This document shows positions 11,561 to 23,240 of a stretch of 64,000 bases of DNA, piece by piece. The translations under genes were made by a program, and so were the position numbers. How positions within the stretch are numbered: position 1 is the first letter of the stretch; each line of letters starts with the position of its first letter. The notes beneath the pieces were generated by a model. The model saw only the letters and a program-made list of their open reading frames with translations, was not told the DNA's origin and did not search any database. The DNA is taken from assembly GCF_009834535.1 (NCBI RefSeq), contig NC_045697.1, forward strand, positions 19,036,001-19,100,000, written 5' to 3'. Source of the DNA: Camelus ferus (lineage: Eukaryota).

Positions 11561-12484
11561 AATGAAACGATCTGGGGGTTCCTTCAACAACACCAGTAAG
11601 TACAAACAGCACAGAATGAAGGCAAGCTGATCTCAGGCACCATCCTGGCCTGCTTGTCTCTGAGTGAGACGAAATAAGGAACCCGGGGAGCAGAGGAGGG
11701 GTTGCTGCAGGCTCTTCCAGGACCTTCCAGGAGGTTGCTTCACACCTGGGGCTGGGCTGGGCGCCAAACCTGGCCAGGCTGAGTGGGCCAGCCGGCCTCA
11801 CGTCGTCGCTGTGCTGGGGCCCCGGGGCAGGGCTCGTGCAAGCTCACATTTCTCCCTTCCACAGCCTTCACGGGCTGTCTACCTTCCCTTTCCCTAGCAC
11901 ACCCTCACTTTTCCAGGCCCACTAGCAGTCCCCGAGGCACTTGCTCGGTCCCCTGAGGGCTTACTTGGCTTTAGACTGAGTCAAAACTGCAAAAGCTCAG
12001 GCCGAGACGCTGAGGAACTCAAGCCAGGAGGATGACGGCCACGGGGATGAGCGCCCGGGAGCCGCAGCATGACAGAACATGGTTTGTTTGTTCATGCTGG
12101 CTCCACTCACGACATGCAAGATTTGGTCTAACGACTGCAGCTTGGCAGGACTTAACACGCACTGTCCTCGCTCCAGCTTATAATTTACATATTTCTCTCC
12201 CTGTCATCAGCAGGTTGCGTGGGACTTGCCAAGCATGAGGCAGGCCCGTGTTGGGTTCGGCTGTGGCCCCATTTTGACCCAAATCCCCTGGCCTGTGGCC
12301 GGATGGGGACGGGTGTCTGTGAAGCGAAGTCTGAGTAAGGGCTTCCCTCTGGCCTGAGGAATCCCCCTGGCAGCCTTAACTGACCCTGTTTTAAGATGGT
12401 AGGATTCTTACCCAAAATTCCAGAAGCCAAAAACTAACCTGTACCATGGAGCAAACTAATGTACTTTTCTCAAGGCTTGACAGG

Positions 12485-12509
12485 AAAAAAAAAAAAAAAA
12501 AAAAAAAAA
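12485..12509. repeat. Poly(A)25 tract
   Basis: 25 consecutive A with no recognisable SINE head upstream. Confidence 0.9.
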
Positions 12510-13397
12510 GACAACGGAGAGGGAAGGGAAAAACAGACCTTAGGACATCTAGTGCGAAGGCAGCCAAGGAGGGGACTCTTTCTGCACTGGGATTGTCCCG
12601 TGGTTTTAATTTGGGGCTTGTTCCTTGACATTTTTTCTGAGCACTACTTACAAGGCATTTCACCACTTGCCAGATAAAACTAGACATCAGATCACAACCT
12701 GTTTAACCTCGGCAATACCCTTCCTCCCACCAGCGCCCCCCACCCCGCCCAGTTTCTTGAGACTTTCTTTAATTTCCTGCCAGTTTCTAAGGATCTGGAG
12801 AAAGTCAGTCTGGGACCTAAAGGAGTTAATGTAGCTTAAAGGCTGAGCAGTTTCTTCTCTCTCCTGAGAGCATAATTAATCCTTATTTTTCCCCAAAGGG
12901 GAGCCAAGGAAATGTTTCATCCCCAGACGAGGGGGCCAACAACATCAGCAGACTCTTGTTGCAGCGACTAAGGGGCCAGAGGTTGGACCCAGCCTCTCAG
13001 ATCTGCCTCTGGTCTCCCGTGACTGGTCTCAGGAGACTGAAGTTCCTTTCGCTTCCCCAAGCCTGGTGACACGCCCTTGGGGGCGCTATTTAAATGTAGG
13101 CATTTGAAGGCAGAAACAAAAGAAGAAATTTCCTGGCTGGTAAGTAATTGGCCTTGTGAAACCACACCTGGGGGGGTAGCTAATTAACCAATTGAGCAGA
13201 GGAGGACGCCACTCTAGAGGGAAGCCCGGGGCAAGTGGAGGAACAGCCCTGTGTGTTGAGGAGTGGCCATCGGCAGGATGGGGCCCTCTGGCAGCCTTAA
13301 GCATCCAATAAATTAGAGGAACTTCTTAAGGGCTCTAAGACCCAGGCCTTGAACCATCTGCCTTGGAAAGCCCCAGAGTTACCGTCCCGCTCTCACC

Positions 13398-13580
13398 CAC
13401 TGGTTCTCAGTGTGTATGCTAAAAACAGCATCAGCTTCGCCTAGGAATTTGTTAGAAATGGACATTCTCAGGCACCATCCAGACCTGCTGAGTCCCAGTT
13501 TCTGGCGGTGGGATCCAGCAGTCTGCGTCTTAACCAGCCCTCCAGGTGACTGTGGTGCACCTCAGGTTTAAGGATCACTA
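13398..13580. mobile_element. MER5A hAT MITE
   Basis: cactggttctca...cagcatcagcttcgcctaggaatttgttagaaatg...taaccagccctccaggtgac...gtttaaggatcacta. Confidence 0.85.
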
Positions 13581-13654
13581 CCCACCGTTTGTTCAGCCCC
13601 TTAAATTAGGCTGCTTTGGGACCATCCAGCGGTAAGTAAGGAGGATTGGATCAT

Positions 13655-13805
13655 AAAATGGGGCTTCTAAGTCAGACTGCCTGATTCTGAACATTAGCTT
13701 TGCAACTTCCTAGTCATGTGACCTTGCAAACCAGTCCCCTCGGCCCTAAGATGGAGCAAAAAACACCCCTTCCCCAGGAGGCGCCGTGCGTCTGGCATAT
13801 AATAG
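13655..13805 (+). mobile_element. MIR fragment
   Basis: agtcagactgcctgattc...acttcctagtcatgtgaccttg. Confidence 0.65.
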
Positions 13806-14265
13806 TTTCTGCCTCATTCCTATTCCAGTCTTTCTGATAGGAAATTTACAGAACAAGAGCTACTGTCCTTAGAGTGAAAATCTGCAAGACAGGAAATGGC
13901 CACACATGTACAGGATGCTAATGTTAATACATTTTTAATTAACATTTTTTAAATGGCTCTCGATTTAAAAGAGTTCAGTTCAGCCTTTGAGTCCTGAGGA
14001 TAAGGATTTTTTTTTTAGCAGAAATATATTTCCTCATGCTGACTCTCATCCAAATAGTTTCAAAGATTAGATTAAAACTTTCCTAAAAAGTGAAACTTAA
14101 ATTCATGCAGTTATATTTCCTCCTTTTTTTTTTTTTTAAGAGAAAGAGGAAGAACACATCATGGGAGGCTTGATTTGGGTTTTTGTGTATGTAATTCAGG
14201 ATTAACAAAACAAATCAAAATGACTTGAACATTTTCTTTTTTACTCTTATTTAAGGCACATTTTT

Positions 14266-14383
14266 TAAAAACTTCGCTGTTTTATTTATCTTTCTATTTT
14301 TTTATGGAGGTACGGGAGATTGAACCCAGGACCCTGTGCAAGCTAAGCACGCACTCTACCACTGAGTTTTATTCCCACTCCCC
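14266..14383 (-). mobile_element. Camelid tRNA-derived SINE (vic-1-like)
   Basis: Reverse complement of ctcagtggtagagtgcgtgcttagc..gggtcctgggttcaatc. Flanking repeat aaggcaca at 14253 and 14384. Confidence 0.88.
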
Positions 14384-14660
14384 AAGGCACAACATTTTTG
14401 CCTCTATATTGTATGCAACGTTGTTTTTTACTTACATATTTTTAAAAGAATATCTTTTTAGCAAGAATTTTAGAAAGTACAGAGAAATATGTAAAGGAGA
14501 AAAATACCCATATCCTTCAGCTTAGAGATAATCACTTAATCACTGTTAATGTTTCAGTATGTTTCTCTGTGGTTTGGTGTTCTGCTCACAGGTATAATCA
14601 TTAATATGTGTACATATAAAAAAATTTTAATAGGATCATGCCATATTGCTGTGATCACCT

Positions 14661-15067
14661 TGCAGAGGCAGGATGGACTCCCCCCACCCAAAATTTGATT
14701 CAGATGTCAAAATTGACGATGCCACACACACACACCAAGAGGACATGAAGAGGTTTATTACTCTCATGATGAGGTTTTCTGGGGAGTGCAGGGCAGTCTT
14801 TGAAGGAGGTCCAAAAATGGCTTGAGAGAGCAGGGGACAGAGACTGGCTGGGTTTTGTGTGTGTGGTTAGAAACTGGGGATGGGGTGAGGGTTCCTGCAT
14901 GGAGTCTGGGGCTTTTCATGGTTTGAGCTTCCCACTGGTGTCAAAGGAGGTTGACCCTGAGCGGGCTCCTCAGCTTGCCCGGTGGTGGACCATCAGGGAA
15001 AGGGGGAAGGTGAGCTTGAAGATTCTCAGCAAACAAATGTCAAGACTGGAGCTGGACTCTTCATTAC
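14661..15067 (-). mobile_element. ERVL-like solo LTR, subfamily not assigned
   Basis: About 400 bp starting with tg, tttatt poly(A) signal near the left end, cccaaaatttgattcagatgtc..gatgccacacacacaccaagagg. Interrupts an old L1 3' UTR. Confidence 0.6.
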
Positions 15068-15215
15068 TTGGACAGTTTTGCATCTTTGTCTTAAATTCAA
15101 CATTGTATGTTGTATTTGTGGGAGAGGGTGAGTGACCCGTCCTTCTATTATGCCGCCTTGAAGCCCCTCCCCAGCATTGCAGTGTGGTTAACAGTGATCA
15201 GAAGCTTTATGGTCA

Positions 15216-15594
15216 CTAAGTGAAGTAAGCCAGAAAGAGAAAGAAAAATACTATATGTATCACTTATACATGGAATCTTAAAAAGGGGTGGGGCACAAAT
15301 GAACTTATTTACAGAGATAGACTCACATAGAAAACAAACTTATGGTTACCATGGGTAAAAGGGGGTGGGGAGGAATAAACTGGGAGTTTGGGGTTTGTAG
15401 ATACTAACTACTATATATAAAATAGATGAATGACAAGGTGCTACTGTATAGCACAAGGAACTGTATTCAATACCTTGTAATGGCCTATAATGAAAAAGAA
15501 CATGAAAAGGAATACATATATGTATAAATGAATCACTATGCTGTACACCAGAAATTAACACAACATTGTTAATCATTTATACATCAAAAAAAAA
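15216..15594 (+). mobile_element. Relatively young 5'-truncated LINE-1
   Basis: ctaagtgaagtaagccagaaagagaaag...poly(A). Perfect 14-bp TSD aagctttatggtca at 15202-15215 and 15595-15608. Confidence 0.95.
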
Positions 15595-17954
15595 AAGCTT
15601 TATGGTCAAATTAAATTTCTTTTGACATAAGTATCTTGTGTCAATGCCAGTTTTCTCTGTCCCTGATCATTTATTTATTCGTATTCCAGAAGGATGTGTA
15701 GATTCTTTTCTTATAAAACAAATTTTTAAAAATCACAGAAGAATAAAACATGGCATATATCCTGAACACAATGCATTAATAAGTTTTCCTTGAAAATAAA
15801 CACAGCTTCCTCAGGGATGAGAATACAAATAGTTTTTTCGTTTGTGAGTATATCTGCATTTTATTATGATCACGTATTATACATTCTACAGAATGCATGA
15901 GTCACATATCTAATCTGCTTTTAAATATTGGTCCTAAAGAACCCAGGTACTTTTAATCCTACAGTTGGAGTCCAACCTTGAGACAACAAAAGACAACTCA
16001 AGTCAGCTTCAAACAGGAATCCAAATTAACCGCAGGGCTATTTTTTTTCCATCTGTAATAAAGAGTGTTCCAACATCTTTAATGACCGAAGATAATCCTC
16101 TGTCGTCATTCGTGCATCTAGGTTATAAAAATACATACACTGCTTTGAAGAAAGGTTCTGGTCCACTGAAGTCAAGTGAAGGTCAGATTATGGAAAACTG
16201 GCATTGTTACAACCAGAAATGAAGCCTGCTTATGTTCCTCTTGGTATTTCTGAATAAAGAATCTCACTAACTAGTTTCCAACTTGCAGATTTAATTAAGA
16301 GCATGAGGAGTGATTGATTCTGGATGCTGATCGCTAAAAGTGACTTGCATTGCATTAGAGAAACACCTATTGAAATGTACAAGGGGGAAAAAGTCTGGTT
16401 TCAGATTGAAGGTCTACTGAAAAACATTCTAAAAGAGACCGGAAAGATCAGGACAAATTGGAATATCTTATTCCAAGATAAAAAAAAGCACTTAAAAAAA
16501 AACTATTTGGTAGAAACATTGGCCAATCTTATTTTTTCCTTTTGATGCAAAAGAACTTGTCATCCCCAACAAATCAAGTGGTTATGCTTTTTGAACTCAG
16601 TGTGAAGACTGGCACTACAATGTCAAAATAATAGCCAGACAGGGAAGATGTAAGATAGAAGGATGGAGGCAGGTGAATAAACTAGGAAGGATGCTTTGCA
16701 CACCCAGGGCAGGAGCGTTTCTGGAGCACACCTTCTGGGGGTTGCCAATTCCAGGAAGCTTCCCCCAGGCTTCTGGACCAGCCACCAGTAATTCCAATAA
16801 TGCTGCTCACAGAGCAGCCAACACAATGTCCATCACACAGTTAGCACTGAAAGACGTGAACGATCACTGTGATGATGGTGATGATGACGGCATGGTTATC
16901 ATCCTCAAGAAGTTCACAGCCTAGTGGTGGAAGCATCCAAGTAAACAGGTGATCAGAATACAGCGCACTGAGAATAATGCATGAAGTGTGATCAGGAATA
17001 AAGAGGAGAATTCAACCAAAGCTGGGGGCAGGGGTGCGGTGGGGACCACACCATTCAGTCAACACAGATGTGCATGGATGACTGTAAAATGACTGCTTAT
17101 TTGTCCACCAGCCTATGTAAACAAGAAGAGAGTTGGGTTCAGGCAACCGCTGCTTTATTTATTTCCTTTTCCTTGTGCCACGTAGGACCAGGATCTCCAG
17201 GAGCATTTAAAAATACCACTTGGGCTGCTTTTGAAGAGCATTTTGGATTTGTCTTCCAGGCATCAGAGATCTCATTGTCATGAGAGGCACACAGGATGGA
17301 GAGAAAAAGAATTATGGTTGCTTAGGAAACTGAGTGCTGTTTCCTGTGATTACAATCTCAAGGCTAAATTTCCATGCTTGCTGCAGGAGTTTTTTGACAG
17401 CAATGTACACCTGTCAAAAAGTTTTTTAAAGAATGTAAAACTAGGATTCTTTGGGGTTCCAGGAGACTCTGGCTCAGGACTCTGGCAAGAGGTCCTTTCT
17501 CTGTTTTTGATTTTTCTTGCATGGCCTTCCCTGGCCCTGGTCATCTGAGGACTTGGTCTCCTGGCTTCTGGTCATGTGGGAATATATGGCTTTTACCTTC
17601 TCAGCCTGCCCATGAAAGCAGGGTAACTATTCAGTCATTAGCCAGTTGTCAGTAACTGTCCAAAATGCCCAAAGTGCTGGGGTAGGCTTTATGAGGGACG
17701 CATGATCCCTGTCCTTAGTGATACCAATCTGGTTAGAATGGTAATGTCTCCACTAGGAAAGAAGTTGAACTGCATTGGGCTGCCGGGAAGGGCACAGATA
17801 CTGATGTCCCAGGATGTTGGAAGAGGACGAGAGGTGCCTTGCTACTGTAGGTTTAGGGGAGGAACAAAAGTCTGAGAAGCGCTGGTCAGTAGAATGGATG
17901 GATGGGAGGGTGCAGGCACAGGCAGACAGATGGGTGCCTGCACACATGCGTGGG

Positions 17955-18175
17955 TGTAGCAGCGTAACACAGTGGTTTTAAAGCTAGCTGGGCAAGAGCT
18001 GCTGCCCTGTCATTTACAAGCGGCATGACCTGAGGAGATTTAATTAACTCCTTCAAATCCAATTTCCTCACCTATAAAACAAGATGAGAATGCTTGCCTT
18101 GCAAGATTGATGAAAGAATCAGATGTGAGGTTTGTAAAGCATGGCAATGGTAGGCACTCAATCAAGAGTGAGTGA
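17955..18175 (+). mobile_element. MIR
   Basis: catttacaagcggcatgacctg...aatttcctcacctataaaa...gtaaagca..gtaggcactcaat. Confidence 0.75.
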
Positions 18176-18639
18176 CTGTGCTTCTTTATGTTCATAATGG
18201 TCTAGAAAAGTTTCTGGGGGACATAGATTACAGGCAGGCCTGGAGCAAGGATGGGGTGGAGATGGATGGAAAGAGAAGAAGGGTAGTCTGGAGGAAGAAC
18301 AGGACATTGAGAGCGTGTACCTGGAAAAGCTGGCAGCACACTGGTGTCACTGAGGGAGGCTACCTGGAGCGGTAGTTTCCTGAAGGCGCAAAGGTAAATG
18401 GGACCTGAGTTAGAGGACTTGAAATGCTAAGGGATTCTGGCTTCTCCGGGAAGTCAGCAGGGAATCATGGAGGTTCAGAGGAAGCAGAAAAATCTCCCTC
18501 TGGGCCCCCTTTGTTCCTCAGCCTGACCTTGACCACACCCGGACTTCCTTTGAACTTGGAAGCTCTCAGTTTTTACAGTATTTATAGTTCCCCTTACGTT
18601 TCACAAGGAGCTCCTGGACTTCCTGTGCCCAGGACAGCT

Positions 18640-19440
18640 GCAGCCGGCCTCTCCCCCAGCTCCCGGGGAGCAGCTGAAAGGCTGCGCAGGGCAGAAACCC
18701 TCCCCTGACGGCGAAGAAGCAAATGATTTTAAGGATGAGCTGTCACAGAGGGAAGCAAGTCCCCTTCAACCTCCTTTGTCGAATAAATGCTACCTGTGAA
18801 TCAGAGGCGCTTGGGCCGTGACTCACCCCGCACGAGGCTCGGTGGAGAAGGCTGTCTGTCTGCCAGCACGTCCGGGGGCGCGGTGCCAGGCCGCCAGCGG
18901 CCTTGGCTTGTGGGGAGGGGCTGTGCTTTCCACGGCCCAGCGGGCCCCGGGGCGGCTGGCACAGGAGCCCAGGAGGTGCCTGCGAGGTTTCCTTCCACAG
19001 GAGGCAGCAGAGCCGGGGGAGCGGTTCCCCACGGCTTTCGGAAAGCAGGAGCACGAGAGCTAAAACTCCCCGGAGTCCCGCCGATCTTAACCAGTGGTTG
19101 GGGAGTCCCTCCAGGAAGTCTGCATCCTCCTGCCCAGTTAGGTGGCTACGTGCATTTTGTGGGGCGAGGACCCCTAGTTTTATTGAGCTACTTTCGGTCC
19201 TAAAACTCCCCCCACCCCCCACGCCGCATGCCTCGATCACGTCTAAACTCATTTGGCCCCGAGAGCGTGACTGAGTGACTTGCCAGGAGTTACCACCAGT
19301 GCGCAGCTGAGAAGAGGGTGGAAGCAAAGTCTCCAGGTTCCCCCCTGCTGCCCTGGCCCCACGAAAGAGCCTAAAATAAAATGATAGCCTATGATGTTCC
19401 GAACACCACCTCCGCGACGGAAATTACGTGTCAAGGACTA
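18640..19440. promoter_or_regulatory. CpG-island-like region, candidate promoter/first exon
   Basis: Highest GC and CpG density in the window, no recognisable repeat. GC-box-like ggggcgcgg and ggggcgagg, TGACTCA at 18819-18825, minus-strand donor GGG|GTGAGT at 18826. Confidence 0.65.
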
Positions 19441-19834
19441 CTTGGAACATCTTTATGCTGCCAGCCCCTCTCCTCCACCTTCCAGTTAACCCCTTCCCCC
19501 ACAGCCCACACACCTGTCTGGCCGGCTTCCTGTTAAGAGGACAGCATGCTCTGGGCGACAGGCATTTGTGATGGGAGGATTGCTGAGTCTGGCTCCCTGA
19601 TTGTCAAGCAGCTGGCGGGGAGGGGAGTGGACATGGGATAGTGGCTGAGTTTCTGGCCCTCTTGGCTGTACACTCAGGGGAAACAGCAGGTTGAGAGTGA
19701 GCAGAGAAATGGGAGCCCTCTGGGGATCTAGAAGTCATTGTTCCTTTTTTTCCCCCACTTGTTTGGGCAGCTGGGGGTCACTGGGCCCTCACCTCCCAGG
19801 GACATCATCATAGTTGTATTGATAGACAGCCTAC

Positions 19835-20460
19835 ACTCTGGGGGCTGATAGCTTGGGTTGGAATCCTGGCTCCATCACATTTTATTGATGTAATCTTGGG
19901 CAGTCTCTTAACCTTCTAGACCTTGGTCTTCTCAGATGTAAACGAACATACTGGTGCCCACCTTTGGCAAAGACGGATATGTGCCAACTACTCACACACA
20001 GGCTGACTGTCCTCCCCAGCCCAGCCTCCCTTGCTCATAGGTCTGCTATGGGACTGAATTCTCCAGTGAACAGAATGTGAGGGGAGTGATGTGCACTAAT
20101 TCCAGGCCTGGCCCATGAGAAATTCCTGGGTGACCCTCCACATTCCCTCTCATCCTATCCCCCATCTACGGGTGCCTAAGAGGACCCTGAAGCGCTGGAG
20201 GTGATGGAGCCCCCAGATGGAAGGAGCCTGGGTCCCCTGAATCACCATGTGGAAGGCTGCTGGCCAAATACCTGCATGAACTATTCCTTGAGTGAAAAGC
20301 AAACTTGTATTGTATTAAGAAGCTGAGAATTAGAGTGGCTTGTATAGCAGTTAGCCTACTTCGTAAAGTTGTTGTAAGAATTAAATGAACATCTGCAAAG
20401 CACAAAACAGTCCCTGGAATATTTTTATAAATGAGCTATATACCTGATTGCTATTATCAT
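19835..20460 (+). mobile_element. MIR split by an MLT1 LTR
   Basis: gggttggaatcctggctccatcac...cttgggcagtctcttaacct on the left; gttgttgtaagaattaaatga...gcaaagcac on the right. Confidence 0.75.
19964..20360 (+). mobile_element. MaLR solo LTR (MLT1I/J-like)
   Basis: cagaatgtgaggggagtgatgtgcactaattccaggcctggccc...agatggaaggagcctgggtccc.tgaatcacc. Confidence 0.8.
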
Positions 20461-20564
20461 GATAGATGGTTGGATGGATAGATAACTAGGTACTGAGAGA
20501 GAGAAAGAGAGAGACCAAGAGAATTATGTTTAGGAGTTGCAAAGGTGTTGGGCACCAGAGTCTT

Positions 20565-21025
20565 TTTTTCCCAGTTTACTGAGATGTAATTAACACACAG
20601 CACTGTATAAATTTAAAGAATACAGTCTAATGATTGGATTTACATGTACTGTGAAATGATTACCACAGTAAGTTTAGTTAACATCCACCATCTCATATAG
20701 ATATTATAAAGAAGAAGAAAGAAAATTCTTTCCTTCCTTTTGAGAAGAACTCTTGTGATCTACTCTCTTAACTTGTGAATATACCATCCAGCAGTGCTAC
20801 ATGTAGTCATCACGTTGTGCATGCATCCTAGGACTTACAGCTGAAAGTTTGTACATTTTGACCACCTTTCATCCAAGTCCCCCTCCCCTCCTCACCCCCC
20901 AGTAGCCACAAATATTACCTTTTTTCTATGAGTTTGTGTTTTGGGGTTTTTTTCTTTTTAGATTCCACATATAAAAGTCAGATCATATAGTATTTGCCTT
21001 TCTCTATCTGACTTATTTCACTTAT
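20565..21025 (-). mobile_element. 5'-truncated LINE-1 3' end (L1MA9-like)
   Basis: gtgaaatgattaccacagtaagtttagttaacatcc...ttagattccacatat. 11-bp TSD accagagtctt at 20554-20564 and 21026-21036. Confidence 0.92.
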
Positions 21026-21439
21026 ACCAGAGTCTTATTTCTTAGATTACTGCCAATATAATATTAAAAATATGTTTTTAGTATCCAGCTGTAGAATTTG
21101 CATTTGGGGAGCAAAAATGGCATTGTAGAAAAATACACTGAAGCATTTATTAGTACATTCCTATATTTCCTGAAGAAAAACAAAAGCCTATCACTTTCCT
21201 CAAAGAGATGGAGCATGGATGAGACAAATTTTTTTCAACCAAAGATATTCATGCAAAAATAATAGTTTGCTTTTCCATTCCAATAATTATTAAAATCACT
21301 TGCTTATTGGGAAATATGAAGGAAGGAAGGAAGGTCATAACTGAGCTGCCTCAGAGGTAGCTCCCTCTCCAGTTGTTGGCATTTCCCTGGCAGTGCTGTG
21401 TCTCTGTCCCAGTCACAAAGGCTTAAACGCCAAAGTCAT

Positions 21440-21650
21440 CATTAGGTTTTTTCTTGACTATTAAAATGGCCTCCTATTGGCCAACCTGCCCCTAGTTTCC
21501 TCCCCATGCCTCCCTACCCACCCCTAAACCTATCCACCACACTCTGCCCAAGACAGTTGCCCCCAAATCCTCCTTTGTCACCACCCTCTCTCTCCTGCTC
21601 TAAACCCTGCATGGCTCTTGGGTGCTTCCCACAGAGACTCTCAAACTTTT
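21440..21650 (+). mobile_element. LINE-2 fragment
   Basis: cttgactatt..aatggcctcctattgg..cctatccaccacac..ctcctgctctaaaccctgcatggctc. Confidence 0.6.
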
Positions 21651-21696
21651 CTAGAGAAGAGCCATAGTGATAATCATAGAAGAGAACAAACTCTGT

Positions 21697-23240
21697 CATC
21701 CATTCTTTAATTATTGATACAATTTATTCTAATAACATTTCCGAGCACCTGCAATGAACCACAGGATACAACAGTGAAAAAGCAGGCAAGAAGTCTCTGC
21801 CCTCATGGAGCTTACACTAGAGGACAGGAAGATACAGAATGAATGAATAAATAAGTTAAATCATGGTACATTAAGTGGTGATAAGCATAAGGAAAACATT
21901 AATTAGGAATGAGTAATAGTAGGTACCAGGTGTGGGTGTAGGAGGATGCTATTTTAAATAAGGTGATCAGGGAAGGACTCAATGAAAAGTGATATTTAAG
22001 CCAAGACCTGAGAAGATGAGGGAGTAAGAAATGTGCAGAGCTGAGGGAGAGAATTCCAGAAGGAAGAAATTTGACCCAAGAGCAGGTCTGGTATGTTTGA
22101 AGAGCAGCAAGGAATCCAGCAGGACTGGCATGGTCTGAGTAGGGAGAAAGAAGACACTAGATGAAACGGAGGTTTGAAAACCATCAGATGGAGTTTGGCT
22201 TTTCCCCTGAGTGAACTGGGAAGACATTGGAGGGCTCCAAACAGAGGACTGAATGGCATGGTCTGACTTACGTACTGAAGTGATAGATCTGGTTGCTTGC
22301 TGAAAAATAGCCCATAGTGAGCAAAGGCAGAAGCCAGGAGACCAGTTAGGAGCCTAAGAGAGTGTGAGCAAGAGACGATGGATGACGGACACTTAGACCG
22401 GGGGTGGAACGAGTGGCAATTCTAGATGTGGGGTGCACACAGAGCCAATTTGCTGATTGATCAGATGTGGGGGCGAAAAGAGGAGTCAATCATGACTCCA
22501 TAGTGTGAAGCCTAAAAATATAAACAATGGAGTTGTTGTTTAATGAGATGGGAGAAGAAACGGTTTATTGTGGGAAGATTAGGAGTTCCCTTTTTGGGTG
22601 TGTTAGGTATGAGATGCATATTAGAATTAGATACATCCAAGTGAGGATGTCAAGTATGTAGTTGGAATTCAGGGGAAAGGTCCAGGCTGTAGACAGCAAT
22701 TTGGGAGCTGTCAGCATACAGACTGGCTGAGGTCACCATACCAGATCATGTGAATAGAGCAGTCATCCAAGGGCTGAGACCTGGGCTGTCCCACCCTCTT
22801 GCGTGGTCTGTGAAAGAGAAGAACCATCAGAGATGGAAAAGGAATGGCCACTGTGAGAGATGAGACCCTAGAGGGATGTGGGATCCTAGAAGCCAACCGA
22901 AGAGAGTGCTTCCAGGAGGAGAGGCTGATAAACTACATCACATTCCGCAGTGGTCACCTCAGCTGAGGGCAGATCATTGACCACTGGATTTAGCAACATG
23001 GAAGCTACTAGGGACCTGACAAGATCAAAGTGGGAGCAAAACACTGATGGGGTGTGTTCAAGAGAGACCAGGATGAGGAGAAGGAGAGACAGTACATTTA
23101 AACACAACCCTTTGAACAAGTGTTGCCATTAAGGAAGCCAATTAAAGGGGCCACAGCTGGAGGAGAATATGGGGTCAGGAGAGGGCTTTCCTTAAGATGG
23201 GAGAAATGTCATCATTTTTGTATGTCACCGGAAAGTTGGA
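21697..23240 (-). mobile_element. LINE-2 (L2a-like), ~1.5 kb
   Basis: ccctcatggagcttaca, gacatccaagtgagg-like, gaccactggatttagcaacatggaag are L2 3'/RT sequence in reverse. Confidence 0.88.

Noticed and set aside
13071..13088. CTCF site acgcccttgggggcgcta
   Set aside because: Mismatches at high-information core positions; kept only as part of the promoter-like cluster.
17597..17605. 9-nt minus-strand microexon (cag|gctgagaag|gtaaaa) spliced to the 17410 acceptor
   Set aside because: Short, weak pyrimidine tract next to an L2 tail, and the downstream donor is weak; chance occurrence is likely.
18743..19327. 194-aa and overlapping ORFs in the CpG island
   Set aside because: Open frames on both strands are expected at high GC; there is no recognisable protein similarity and several start at non-ATG codons.
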